64,000 nucleotides of DNA from Rhodobacterales bacterium (GTDB lineage: Bacteria > Pseudomonadota > Alphaproteobacteria > Rhodobacterales > CAZPXZ01): assembly GCA_965221505.1 (NCBI GenBank), contig CBDCSI010000001.1, positions 2,197,835 through 2,261,834 of the forward strand, read 5' to 3'. Position numbers and translations under genes: made by a program. Positions 26,974-35,755 of the stretch are shown piece by piece. The first letter of the stretch is position 1. Each line of letters opens with the position of its first letter. The notes beneath the pieces are model-generated. The model did no database searches. It was not told the origin of the DNA and saw only the letters and a program-made list of their open reading frames with translations.

Positions 26974-27215
26974 CGAACCCTCCTCACGCTGGCAATCCCG
27001 GCATCGCGCTCCCGCAATCCGACTGTGTCGGACAGGCGGGTTTCCGGGAGTCGAATTCCGCCCCCTCGACGGGGGCGATCGAGCGACGCTCCATCTTATT
27101 CAAGTACGCGACGTCCCTCAACCGTCCCCCAAGCGAATTGCCGCACGCCCGCGAGGCGTCCGGGCTGTCGGGTCGGCGCCCCGGGACGAATTCGGCGCCT
27201 GTCTTCAGCGCATCT

Positions 27216-27794
27216 TCAGCGCATCTTCCGCGCCGTGGCAACCGTCGCTTCGACGACTCGAACCACGCCCTGACGATGCGCGTCCGATACGAGACTTCCG
27301 TCCTCGGCGAACGCCTCGCCCGCGCCGTGAAGCGCATATTGGGCTGGCACCACCAGAACGCCGATCCCGGAGAGAACGCGGCGCAGCTCCACCAGCCCTC
27401 GAAGTCCCCCCAGCCGTCCGGGCGCCGCAGCCAGGAGCCCCGCCACCTTGCCCCGAAACGGGAGCATCGGCGCCGGGTCCTCGCCTCGGCGCGACATCCA
27501 GTCGATCGTGTTCTTCATCAGGGGCGAGATCGAGCCGTTGTATTCCGGGGAAACGGCAACGAATCCAGCGCTTTCGGCGAACGCCCGCTTCAGCGCCACG
27601 ACGGAGTCCGGCAGCCCCCGCTCCGCTTCCAGATCCCCGTTGTAGAGCGGCGCCGGATAGTCGGCGAGATCGATCCGCACGGCTTCCGCACCGGCCTGGT
27701 CCACCAGATCCGCAGCCGAAGCCGCGAGCCGCCGGTTGTAGCTCCCGCGTCGCACGCTACCCGCGAACACGACAATTCGAACCCGTTCGCTCAT
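27216..27794 (-). CDS. NADPH-dependent FMN reductase family protein
   Basis: Track ORF 27216..27842. I place the start at MSERVRIVVFAGSVRRGSYN (comp. 27794), with AGGGAGAG upstream. Its ATG overlaps the upstream TGA (ATGA). It contains the ...SPEYNGSISP.MKN.IDW motif. Confidence 0.85.
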   Translation of the reverse strand: MSERVRIVVFAGSVRRGSYNRRLAASAADLVDQAGAEAVRIDLADYPAPLYNGDLEAERGLPDSVVALKRAFAESAGFVAVSPEYNGSISPLMKNTIDWMSRRGEDPAPMLPFRGKVAGLLAAAPGRLGGLRGLVELRRVLSGIGVLVVPAQYALHGAGEAFAEDGSLVSDAHRQGVVRVVEATVATARKMR

Positions 27795-29443
27795 CCGGTC
27801 GTCTCTCCCTTTCCTTCGCGATCCGCCCGCCAGCGCCGCCATTGATCCTCGGTATCCAGATCGACCAGCCTGGATGCGGGAACGCGGAGGTCGCGCACGT
27901 CCTGCCGATTCTCGAGGAGCACGTCGCGGGCTCCCCGGTCGCCCGACAACGCGCCGAGCGCCTCAAAATAGCGCCTCCCGAGGAGAACCGGATGTCCGGG
28001 CTCTCCCTCTGGCCCGACGAGGCGGCAAATCCCGGACCCTGCGGCCGGATCGTACGCGTCGATCAGCCTGTCGATGTCGGCGGCCTCGACTTCCGGCATG
28101 TCGGCCAGCGCCACCACCAGTGCGTCCGCATCCGAGCCGACGGCGGCGACTCCCTTCCGAATCGAGGATCCGATTCCCTCCCGGTAGAGCTCGTTCTCCA
28201 GGACCTCGACGGTTCCGTCGCCCACCGATCGTAGGGCGTCCCCCACGCTCCCGCTTTCCGCCCCGACCACGGCGAGGATTCGGCTCGCGCGGCTTCCCGA
28301 GAGCCGGTCTGCGACATGGGCGACCAGGGGAACGCCGTCGACGCTCCGAAGCAGCTTGTGGCCGCGAGCCATGCGACGCGAGGCGCCGGCTGCGAGCAGC
28401 AGGATCGGAATCCTCGGCGCGTCCGGCACGTCCGCGCCGCCGAGCCGCGGAGAGGGCCGGGACGCGATTTCGTGCAGGAGACCCCCGACCCCCATGGCCG
28501 CGAACGCCCGGTCGTCCACGAACACTCCGCAGGCGATCCGCTCCAGCACCCAGTCCGCTCCGTTCAGCTTCGGCGAACGTGCGCATCCGGGAAGCACGAG
28601 GACCGGGCGCCCGTTCAGATCCCCGAGGAGAAGCAGGTTGCCGGGATCGACGGGCATTCCGAATCGCCGAACCGTACCGCCGGCGAGGCGGATGGCGCTG
28701 GGGGCCACGTCCTCCCGGTCGGAGGTCACCGTATCCCCCAGCACCAGGATCATGTCCGCTCCCGTTCCGGCCAGCGCCTCGGCCAGCGCCGGCGCCGCAT
28801 GAGAAACCTCCCGCTCCTCCCGCACCACGATGCCCAGCGACCGGAGCCTCGACCGCACGACGTCCATGCCGCGCGCCTGCAGAGACGGCGGCGTCCATTC
28901 CCCTCGCGTCGCGAGAATCGCTGCGGAGCGCCGGCGAACCGGCAGGACTTCCAGCGCACGGCCGGAGACGACGAGCGATTCGGTCGCACGCGCGACCGTC
29001 TCTCGCGACACGGCAAACGGAATCACTTTCACCGTCGCGACCAGCTGGCCCGACGACGTCCGCGCGAACTCCGGCAGCGTCGAAATCGCCGCCGTCTCGC
29101 TCACCCGGTTGAAGGCGGTGATCGCGTCCCGCTCCACACGCAGCAGGCCCGAATGGAGAGCGAAGAAGTTCACCCTTCCGCGGCGCGCCGGACCCCGCCT
29201 CAGACCGCAGGCTTCAGGCTCCGGGGCCAGCGACGCGGCCATCTTGCGTGCGGCCTCGTCCTCGTGAACGTCGTCCGCGTCCTCCCGCGCCGCCATGACC
29301 GGGCCGACGCCGGCCTCGCGAAGCAGCGCAATTCGCGCCCGGTCGAGCCGGATTCCCTTCCGAAGAGTCCCCGACTTCCACCGGACCGTATGCGCAAGGA
29401 TGGCGCCCTCGGCCTCGTCGAGCGCAAGCAAGCCGAACTTCAC
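27791..29443 (-). CDS. Molybdopterin-binding (MoeA/CinA-like) domain fused to a MocA/MobA-like nucleotidyltransferase (molybdenum cofactor cytidylyltransferase-type)
   Basis: Tail of track ORF 27791..30427. The GTG start (comp. 29443) overlaps the XdhC-like stop (GTGA). N-terminal half: ...ADMILVLGDTVTSDREDV...PVDPGNLLLLG...PVLVLPGCARSP. C-terminal half: LLLAAGASRRM...K.L......PLV (NTP_transf_3-like). Confidence 0.8.
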   Translation of the reverse strand: MKFGLLALDEAEGAILAHTVRWKSGTLRKGIRLDRARIALLREAGVGPVMAAREDADDVHEDEAARKMAASLAPEPEACGLRRGPARRGRVNFFALHSGLLRVERDAITAFNRVSETAAISTLPEFARTSSGQLVATVKVIPFAVSRETVARATESLVVSGRALEVLPVRRRSAAILATRGEWTPPSLQARGMDVVRSRLRSLGIVVREEREVSHAAPALAEALAGTGADMILVLGDTVTSDREDVAPSAIRLAGGTVRRFGMPVDPGNLLLLGDLNGRPVLVLPGCARSPKLNGADWVLERIACGVFVDDRAFAAMGVGGLLHEIASRPSPRLGGADVPDAPRIPILLLAAGASRRMARGHKLLRSVDGVPLVAHVADRLSGSRASRILAVVGAESGSVGDALRSVGDGTVEVLENELYREGIGSSIRKGVAAVGSDADALVVALADMPEVEAADIDRLIDAYDPAAGSGICRLVGPEGEPGHPVLLGRRYFEALGALSGDRGARDVLLENRQDVRDLRVPASRLVDLDTEDQWRRWRADREGKGETTG

Positions 29444-30477
29444 GACTGGGCGGCCTTCCGTCTCGGTCCTCCGCGCAGCGCCAGGGTCATTTCGGCGAGA
29501 ATGGCGACCGCGATCTCCGCCGGCGACATCGCGCCGATATCCAGACCGACCGGTGCGCGGATACGGTCGAGCACCTCCTCCGCCGCGCCGGCTTCGCGAA
29601 GCCTCTCCAGGCGCTTCGCGTGCGTCCTCGGCGAGCCGAGGCATCCGAGATAGAACGCTTCGGACTTCAGGGTCTCGAGAATCGCCGCATCGTCGATTTT
29701 CGGATCGTGCGTAAGGGTCGCGACGGCGACGCGGGCGTCCAGCCCGTGGGCGCGAAGCGCCTCGTCCGGCCAAGCGTGGCGGCATGCGAACCCCGGAAAC
29801 CGTTCCGCGCTGGCGAAGGCCTCGCGCGGATCGACGACCGTAACCTCGTAGCCTGCGAGACGCGCCATCCCCGCCAGGGGCTGGGCGATATGCGACCCGC
29901 CGACGATCGCCAGCCGAAGCGGCGGATTGTGCACCGACAGAAACCAGCGTTCGCCGTCCGCCTCGATCGCGCCGGAGCGGTCCGCCCGAAGCGCGGCTTC
30001 CGCCTTCGCGCCCAACTCGCCGCCCTCGCCGACGCCCAGCAACCGATGGACGCCACCGCCCTCCCCGACCGCGAGCGCGACCGCTTCCCGCCGCGCACGG
30101 CGCCCGACGAGCTCCTCGAGAAGCGGGCCGGGAATCCCCTGCCCCACTCCCACCGGCTCGACGCGAACGCGAATCGTTCCCCCGCAGGCCAGACCGACCG
30201 CGAACGCCTCTTCCGTCGAGACCCCGAATCGAAGGGCGCGTACGGCGCCGTCGTCGATCGATTCGAGGGCCGATTCCGCGACCGCGCCTTCCACGCACCC
30301 TCCGGAGACCGAACCGGCGATCTCGAGGTCGCCGGAGACCGCCAGCATGGCGCCGACCGGACGCGGAGCCGAACCCCAGGTCTCCGTGACCGTCGCCAGC
30401 GCCGCGCCGCGCCCTTCCCGGAACCACGCGAGCGCGACCTCGGGAATCCGGTCGTGCCCCTCGATCCCGCCCGACAC
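29440..30477 (-). CDS. XdhC/CoxF-family molybdo-enzyme maturation protein
   Basis: Tail of track ORF 29440..31788. GTG at comp. 30477 has AAGGAG 9 nt upstream. Segments read: ALATVTETWGSAPRPVGAMLAV...GSVSGGCVEG and the Rossmann part LAIVGGSHIAQPLA. Confidence 0.8.
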   Translation of the reverse strand: MSGGIEGHDRIPEVALAWFREGRGAALATVTETWGSAPRPVGAMLAVSGDLEIAGSVSGGCVEGAVAESALESIDDGAVRALRFGVSTEEAFAVGLACGGTIRVRVEPVGVGQGIPGPLLEELVGRRARREAVALAVGEGGGVHRLLGVGEGGELGAKAEAALRADRSGAIEADGERWFLSVHNPPLRLAIVGGSHIAQPLAGMARLAGYEVTVVDPREAFASAERFPGFACRHAWPDEALRAHGLDARVAVATLTHDPKIDDAAILETLKSEAFYLGCLGSPRTHAKRLERLREAGAAEEVLDRIRAPVGLDIGAMSPAEIAVAILAEMTLALRGGPRRKAAQS

Positions 30478-30624
30478 GCCGACCCGCTCCTTCAGTCCGC
30501 CGACCGCAGGTTGTGGCTTCCAGGCGACACGCCCGCGCAACGCGGCTTCGCCGTCCGGTATACTGTGGGCGAGCCCCGACCCCACCGGCCGCGCCCCTGC
30601 GGCGCCCCAGCGAAAGAGCGCGTC

Positions 30625-31659
30625 ATGTTCGATGTCGACCCCAATTTTCTGCCCAACGCGATCAGCATCAACATCATTCTCCTGGTGGTGGTCGCCGTGG
30701 TCACCCTGTGGTACGGCGTCAAGGTGGTGCCGCAAAGCCAAGTCTACATCGTCGAGCGATTCGGCCGCTACACCCGGACGCTCGACGCCGGCCTCAGCCT
30801 GATCGTCCCGTTCCTGGACCGGGTCGCGCACCGGATCTCGATTCTCGAGCGTCAGCTGCCGGCATTTCGCATTTCGGTAATCACCCGCGACAACGTCGAG
30901 GTGGAGCTCGAGACGACCGTGTTCTTTCGGATTCGGGAAGCCGACAAGTCGGTGTATCGAATTCGGGACGTCGAGCTCGCCATCCACACCGCGGCTACCT
31001 CTATCGTCCGCTCGGCCGCCGGCAAGCAGGAACTGGACGAGCTGCAGTCCGCCCGGCAGCAGATGAATCAGGAAATTCAGACCAACCTTCGCGACGCCGC
31101 CGAGGTCTGGGGCGTCGAGGTAACCCGCACGGAGATCGTCGACGTGGTGGTCGACGAGGAGACCCGCTCCGCGCAGCGCAAACAGCTGGCCGCGGAACGG
31201 GAAAAGCGCGCCACCATCGCAAGGGCCGACGGCGAGCGGCAGGCGGTACAGCTTCGCGCGGACGCGAAACTCTACGAGGCCGAGCGCGATGCGGAAGCGA
31301 TTCGGGTCACCGCCGAGGCGGAGGCCTTCGCCGTGCAGAAGAAGGCGGAGGCGGACGCCAGGCAAACGGAGCTGCTCGCCGCCGCCATCGCCAACAAGGG
31401 GCAGCCGGCGGTGAACTTCGAGATTCAGAAGCGCCAGGTGGAAGCCGTCCGGCAGTTGGGCAGCTCCGCCAGCGCCAAGGTCGTCGTCGTGCCCAGCGAC
31501 GTAGTGGGTGCGCTCGGCGCACTGGAGACCCTGTCGCAGTTTCTCGGACGCGACGCGTCGCCTCCCTCGCCCGGCGGAACCATGGACGCGAATCCTCCCG
31601 CTCCGCCGGCGCCCCGGCCCGCTCCGCCCTCGCCCTGGTCTCCGGGCTCCGCGAGTTAA
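30625..31659 (+). CDS. SPFH/band-7 (stomatin/QmcA-like) membrane protein with a Pro-rich C-terminal tail
   Basis: Tail of track ORF 29620..31659, ATG at 30625. An N-terminal TM segment is followed by VPQSQVYIVERFGRY...GL..I.PF.D (the SPFH core) and an Ala/Glu-rich coiled coil. The tail is PPSPGGTMDANPPAPPAPRPAPPSPWSPGSAS. Confidence 0.88.
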   Translation: MFDVDPNFLPNAISINIILLVVVAVVTLWYGVKVVPQSQVYIVERFGRYTRTLDAGLSLIVPFLDRVAHRISILERQLPAFRISVITRDNVEVELETTVFFRIREADKSVYRIRDVELAIHTAATSIVRSAAGKQELDELQSARQQMNQEIQTNLRDAAEVWGVEVTRTEIVDVVVDEETRSAQRKQLAAEREKRATIARADGERQAVQLRADAKLYEAERDAEAIRVTAEAEAFAVQKKAEADARQTELLAAAIANKGQPAVNFEIQKRQVEAVRQLGSSASAKVVVVPSDVVGALGALETLSQFLGRDASPPSPGGTMDANPPAPPAPRPAPPSPWSPGSAS

Positions 31660-31664
31660 CCGCC

Positions 31665-31964
31665 ATGGAAGCGGCAGTCTTCGAATGGGCCCTTCGCCCG
31701 GAACTCTGGCTTCTGGTCGGCATCGTCGCGGCGCTGTGCGAACTCGCGACCGGAACCATGATCCTGCTCCCGCTCGGCTGCACCGCAATCCTGGTCTCGG
31801 GATACCTGGCGCTGCAGGTCTACGAGATGTTGCCCGTTCCGCTGTGGCTGCATTCCTGGAAGGGCGTGGCGTTGCTCTACTGCGTCCTCGCCGTTCCGAC
31901 CCTGCTTCTGCTCCGCAAGCTGTTCCAGAACCGTACGAAGCGACAAGACATCAACAAATACTGA
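31665..31964 (+). CDS. Small 3-TM membrane protein in the NfeD position (no OB-fold domain)
   Basis: Tail of track ORF 30513..31964. ATG at 31665, 5 nt after the SPFH stop. Sequence: MEAVFEWALRPELWLLVGIVAALCELATGTMILLPLG...; 99 aa. Confidence 0.5.
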   Translation: MEAAVFEWALRPELWLLVGIVAALCELATGTMILLPLGCTAILVSGYLALQVYEMLPVPLWLHSWKGVALLYCVLAVPTLLLLRKLFQNRTKRQDINKY

Positions 31965-31970
31965 GCCCGC

Positions 31971-33239
31971 TCAAGCCTCCGGGACGGCGCCCGGCTGCAG
32001 CGGAGACTCGCGCAACAGGCGCAAGAGGCGGTCCCTCTCTCCGGTCCCGGACGAGTCCCGGGAAAGCGCCCGGCAGAGCGCTTCGAGCGATTCGACGTTA
32101 TGTCCGCCGCGCAACTGGTCGACATGCGGCAAGAGTGCGGCGACGCCGCGCGCCCTGGGCGTAAACGCCTCCCAGCGCAATAGCGGGTTCAGCCAGACGA
32201 GCGTGCGGGCGCTGAGCCGGAGCCTGGCCGCCTCATGCGCCAGTCGTGCCGGATCCTCCCGATCCAGCCCGTCGGTCAAGAGCAGCACGACCGCGCCTCG
32301 CGACAGCACGCGCCGGGACCAGTCGCGGTTGAAGCCGTGCAGACAGGATCCGATTCGGGTACCGCCCTCCCAGTCCGGAACCGCCTCGCCGAGCCGTCGA
32401 AGACAGTCGTCCGGGTCGCGCATCCGAAGCCATCGCGAAACGTTGGTCAGCCTCGTTCCGAACACGAACCCGTGAACGCGGCCCCAATCCGCGTCTTTCG
32501 CATGCGTCGCCGCATGCAGAAAATGCAACAGCATTCGGCTGTAACGTCCCATGGAGCCGGAGATGTCGCACAGCGCAACCAGGTCGGGACGGCGCATCAC
32601 CGGGCTTCGCATGCGAATCGGCGCCAGCCCGCCGCCGGCCCGGGTCGCCGCCCGCATGCTCGCGCGCCAGTCCGGACGCGCGCCGCGACGCGACGGGCGA
32701 AGCCGCCGGGAGCGGATCGACGGCGTCGGCATACGCAGCTCCGCGACCGTCCGCTTCGCCATGCGCTCTTCCTCGACCGTCATCTGCTCGAAGTCCCGGG
32801 TCCTGAGACTCTCCTCCGCCGAACTGGTCAACCGCGCGTCCAGCTCGATCTCCTCGCCGGTCTCTTCGCCCCGGCGCGTTCGCAACGCCTCGCCGATCAC
32901 CCCTTCGGCCGCCCGCCGCGCGCCGGCCGGCTCGGGGCCTTCCCGCTCGACGATCCGAAGGCCCGCGCCCATCATCGCCAGGACGGACGCGAGCGCGTCC
33001 GGATCGCGCCAGAACAGGGCGAAGGCCCGCTCGAAAACTTCGCGGTCCGCCGCCCGGGAGACGAGGCAGGCCCGGAGCGCGTTGTAAAAGGTGTCCCGAC
33101 TGTCGAATCCCGCCGCTTCCGCCGCCTGAATCGCGACGAGCGCCCGACCGGTGCCGACCGGCAGGCCGGCTGCCCGAAGCGCGCGGCAAAAGTGCAGGAT
33201 GTTGGCCGCGAGCCGGCCCGAAGCCGCGTCGTCCGGCAT
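31971..33239 (-). CDS. coxE: VWA-domain protein CoxE-like
   Basis: Track ORF of 422 aa. N-terminus: ...NILHFCRALRAAGLPVG....... The C-terminal VWA region has LCDISGSM. Confidence 0.85.
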   Translation of the reverse strand: MPDDAASGRLAANILHFCRALRAAGLPVGTGRALVAIQAAEAAGFDSRDTFYNALRACLVSRAADREVFERAFALFWRDPDALASVLAMMGAGLRIVEREGPEPAGARRAAEGVIGEALRTRRGEETGEEIELDARLTSSAEESLRTRDFEQMTVEEERMAKRTVAELRMPTPSIRSRRLRPSRRGARPDWRASMRAATRAGGGLAPIRMRSPVMRRPDLVALCDISGSMGRYSRMLLHFLHAATHAKDADWGRVHGFVFGTRLTNVSRWLRMRDPDDCLRRLGEAVPDWEGGTRIGSCLHGFNRDWSRRVLSRGAVVLLLTDGLDREDPARLAHEAARLRLSARTLVWLNPLLRWEAFTPRARGVAALLPHVDQLRGGHNVESLEALCRALSRDSSGTGERDRLLRLLRESPLQPGAVPEA

Positions 33240-33251
33240 GCGTCCGGCGAA

Positions 33252-34178
33252 TCAGGCGGCCGGCCGGGCGGCTTCCTGCGCCGCCTCGACGCGGGCGCCC
33301 AGTCCCGCGGCCCGTACCGCCTCGATGTCGTCCTGGTACTTGAGAATGGCGCCCAGGGTGTCGGAGACCGCCTCCGGATCCAGGCTGGTCCGGTCCATCG
33401 CGGTCAGCGCCCTCGCCCAGTCGAGAGTCTCGGCGACGCCGGGCTTCTTGAACAGGTCCTCGAGGCGCAGGCCCGCCACGAAGGCGACGATCTCCCGCGA
33501 CAGGGCGTCTTCGGCCTCGGGAACCCGGGAGCGGAGAATCGCAAGCTCGCGCCGAGCGTCCGGATAGTCGATCCAGTGGTACAGGCAGCGTCGCTTGAGC
33601 GCGTCATGAACTTCGCGGGTGCGATTGGACGTCAAGACGACCGCCGGCGGCGTCGTTGCGCGCACCGGTCCGATTTCGGGGATCGTCACCTGAAACGCCG
33701 ACAGCGCCTCCAGGAGGAACGCCTCGAACGGCTCGTCGGCCCGGTCCAGCTCGTCGATCAAGAGCACCGGCGGCGCGCCCGGCGGGGCGTCCAGCGCTTC
33801 CAGGATCGGCCGGCGAATCAGGAACCGTTCCGAGAAGATGTCCGACCCCAGCGCCTTCCGCCGGCCGGCGTCCCGGATCTCGCCGGAAGCCTCCGCCATC
33901 CGGATCTCCACCATCTGCGCGGCGTAATTCCATTCGTAGACCGCGCTCGCCGCGTCCAGCCCCTCGTAGCACTGCAGACGGATCAACCTGCGGCCCAGGG
34001 CGCTCGCCAGCGCGACGGCGACCTCGGTCTTTCCGACCCCGGCCTCGCCTTCCAGAAACAGCGGACGCTCGAGCGCGCCGGAGAGGAACAGCACCGTCGC
34101 GAGCGCGCGGTCCGGCACGTAGCCGGTCGATCGCAGCGCCTCGAACGCGGCGTCGATGCTTGAGGGAAAGTCGTTCAT
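33252..34178 (-). CDS. coxD: MoxR-type AAA+ ATPase CoxD-like
   Basis: Track ORF 33252..34304. I place the start at MNDFPSSIDAAFEAL (comp. 34178). Motifs: Walker A GEAGVGKTE and Walker B LLIDELDRA. Confidence 0.88.
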   Translation of the reverse strand: MNDFPSSIDAAFEALRSTGYVPDRALATVLFLSGALERPLFLEGEAGVGKTEVAVALASALGRRLIRLQCYEGLDAASAVYEWNYAAQMVEIRMAEASGEIRDAGRRKALGSDIFSERFLIRRPILEALDAPPGAPPVLLIDELDRADEPFEAFLLEALSAFQVTIPEIGPVRATTPPAVVLTSNRTREVHDALKRRCLYHWIDYPDARRELAILRSRVPEAEDALSREIVAFVAGLRLEDLFKKPGVAETLDWARALTAMDRTSLDPEAVSDTLGAILKYQDDIEAVRAAGLGARVEAAQEAARPAA

Positions 34179-34189
34179 GTCGTTGCCTG

Positions 34190-35575
34190 TCACAAGAGAA
34201 GCCAGGAGCCGAGGCCCAGAAAAACGAAAAAACCGACGACGTCGGTCACCGTGGTCACGAACGTCCCCGAAGCGAGCGCCGGATCGAATCCCGCCCGCTC
34301 GCACCCCAGGGGAACCAGAATGCCGGAGAGCGCCGCCACGAACAGGTTCATGATCATGGCGAACGCGAGTACGCCACCCAGCATCGCATCGCCATACCAG
34401 AAATAGGCGATTCCCGCGACGATCGCCGCGAACACCAGCCCGTTGGCGACCCCAACCATCGCCTCCCGCATCACCACGCGCCCGGCGTTGGTGCGGGTGA
34501 GATCGCGCGCCGCCAGCGCGCGCACGGCCACCGTCAGCGTCTGCGTTCCGGCGATGCCGCCCATCGACGCGACGATCGGCATCAGGACGGCCAGGGCGAC
34601 CAGGCGGCTGATCGTCTCGTCGAAAAGGGAAATCACCATGGACGCGAGCACCGCCGTAATCAGGTTCGCGCCGAGCCAGGGAAAGCGCCGCACGGCGATC
34701 TCCAGCACCGAGTGGGTGATTTCCTCGTCGCCGACGCTCCCGAGCCGGTGGATGTCCTCCTCCGCCTGGTCTTCCAGCGCGCCCATCGCGTCGTCGATGT
34801 TGATGGCGCCGACCAGTCGACCCGAGCCGTCGACGACGGGCGCGGAGACCAGGTGGTACTGGGCGAAGAGATAGGCGACCTCCTCCTTCGGATCCTCGGC
34901 GCGGATGGAACGGAACTCGCGGTTCATGATCGATTCCAGCCCGACATGGCGCCGGTTCGCCATCAGGCGGCCGAGGGAAATCGCTCCCACCGGCCGCCCC
35001 CGGGGATCGACCACGAAAATCTCGTAGAACTGTTGCGGAAGATCGGACTCGAGGCGCATCAGGTCGATGACCTGGCCGACCGTCCAGAAGGGAGGCGCCG
35101 TCACCACCTCCCGCTGCATCATGCGTCCGGCGCTGTCCTCGGGGAACCGGAGCGCCTGTTCCACCGCCGCCCGGTCGTGCTGTCGCAGGGCGCGAAGCAC
35201 CTCTCTGCGTTCCGCCGGCTCCAGATCCTCGAGCAGGTACACGGCATCGTCGGAATCGAGCGCGGAAACGGCCCGGGCCAGAACGTCCGGAGCGATGACG
35301 TCCAGAACCTCGTCCCGAACGTCCTCCTCCAGTTCCGGCAGCGCTTCCGGCGGAAGGTCGTGACCGAGAACCCGGACCGCGCGCTCCCGATCCTGCGGCG
35401 GCAGCTGTTCGATCAGGTCCGCAACGTCCGCCGCGTGAAACTGCGACAAGTGGCTGAGGAACGTCGCGCGGTCCTCGCGATCCAGCGCATCGACGATTTC
35501 GTCGACGACCGCCGGGTCGAGATGCGGCTCCACCGCCGCGTCCGGCTCGAGTTCCGCTGGCGCCGCGTTTGCCAT
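34190..35575 (-). CDS. mgtE: Magnesium transporter MgtE
   Basis: Track ORF 34190..35638. I place the start at MANAAPAE (comp. 35575), with GGGAGG 5 nt upstream. It has the N domain, tandem CBS domains and the TM part ...MPIVASMGGIAGTQT.... Confidence 0.9.
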   Translation of the reverse strand: MANAAPAELEPDAAVEPHLDPAVVDEIVDALDREDRATFLSHLSQFHAADVADLIEQLPPQDRERAVRVLGHDLPPEALPELEEDVRDEVLDVIAPDVLARAVSALDSDDAVYLLEDLEPAERREVLRALRQHDRAAVEQALRFPEDSAGRMMQREVVTAPPFWTVGQVIDLMRLESDLPQQFYEIFVVDPRGRPVGAISLGRLMANRRHVGLESIMNREFRSIRAEDPKEEVAYLFAQYHLVSAPVVDGSGRLVGAINIDDAMGALEDQAEEDIHRLGSVGDEEITHSVLEIAVRRFPWLGANLITAVLASMVISLFDETISRLVALAVLMPIVASMGGIAGTQTLTVAVRALAARDLTRTNAGRVVMREAMVGVANGLVFAAIVAGIAYFWYGDAMLGGVLAFAMIMNLFVAALSGILVPLGCERAGFDPALASGTFVTTVTDVVGFFVFLGLGSWLLL

Positions 35576-35623
35576 TGCCGCCTCCCGGTCGCCGCGGCCC
35601 AGCAGGCCGGATGTCGAACGACG

Positions 35624-35647
35624 GGGCGAATCTACCAAGATTCGCCC
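35624..35647 (-). terminator. Perfect 10-bp stem hairpin (GGGCGAATCT-n4-AGATTCGCCC) between the phosphoesterase stop and the mgtE start
   Basis: Read directly. There is no U-tract, so it could be a terminator, attenuator or 5'-UTR structure. Confidence 0.3.
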
Positions 35648-35755
35648 GGCTCCGACAGAATTCCCGACCGCCTCAGGCCTGCAGCGGGTCCGCTACCGGA
35701 GGAGAGACGCCCCGTTCCGTCGCGTCGCCAGGCAAAACGGAGGAGTCCCCGAACG

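Noticed and set aside
26974-27215. CTTATTCAAGTA upstream of bioY as a possible BioR-type operator.
   Set aside because: It is only weakly palindromic (CTT…AAG) and does not match the TTATMKATAA-type site I remember. The evidence is insufficient.
27203-27224. Tandem 11-bp duplication (cttcagcgcat x2) straddling the FMN-reductase stop codon.
   Set aside because: It is real in the sequence, but the first copy already supplies the stop, so the protein is unchanged. It is most simply a neutral replication-slippage duplication.
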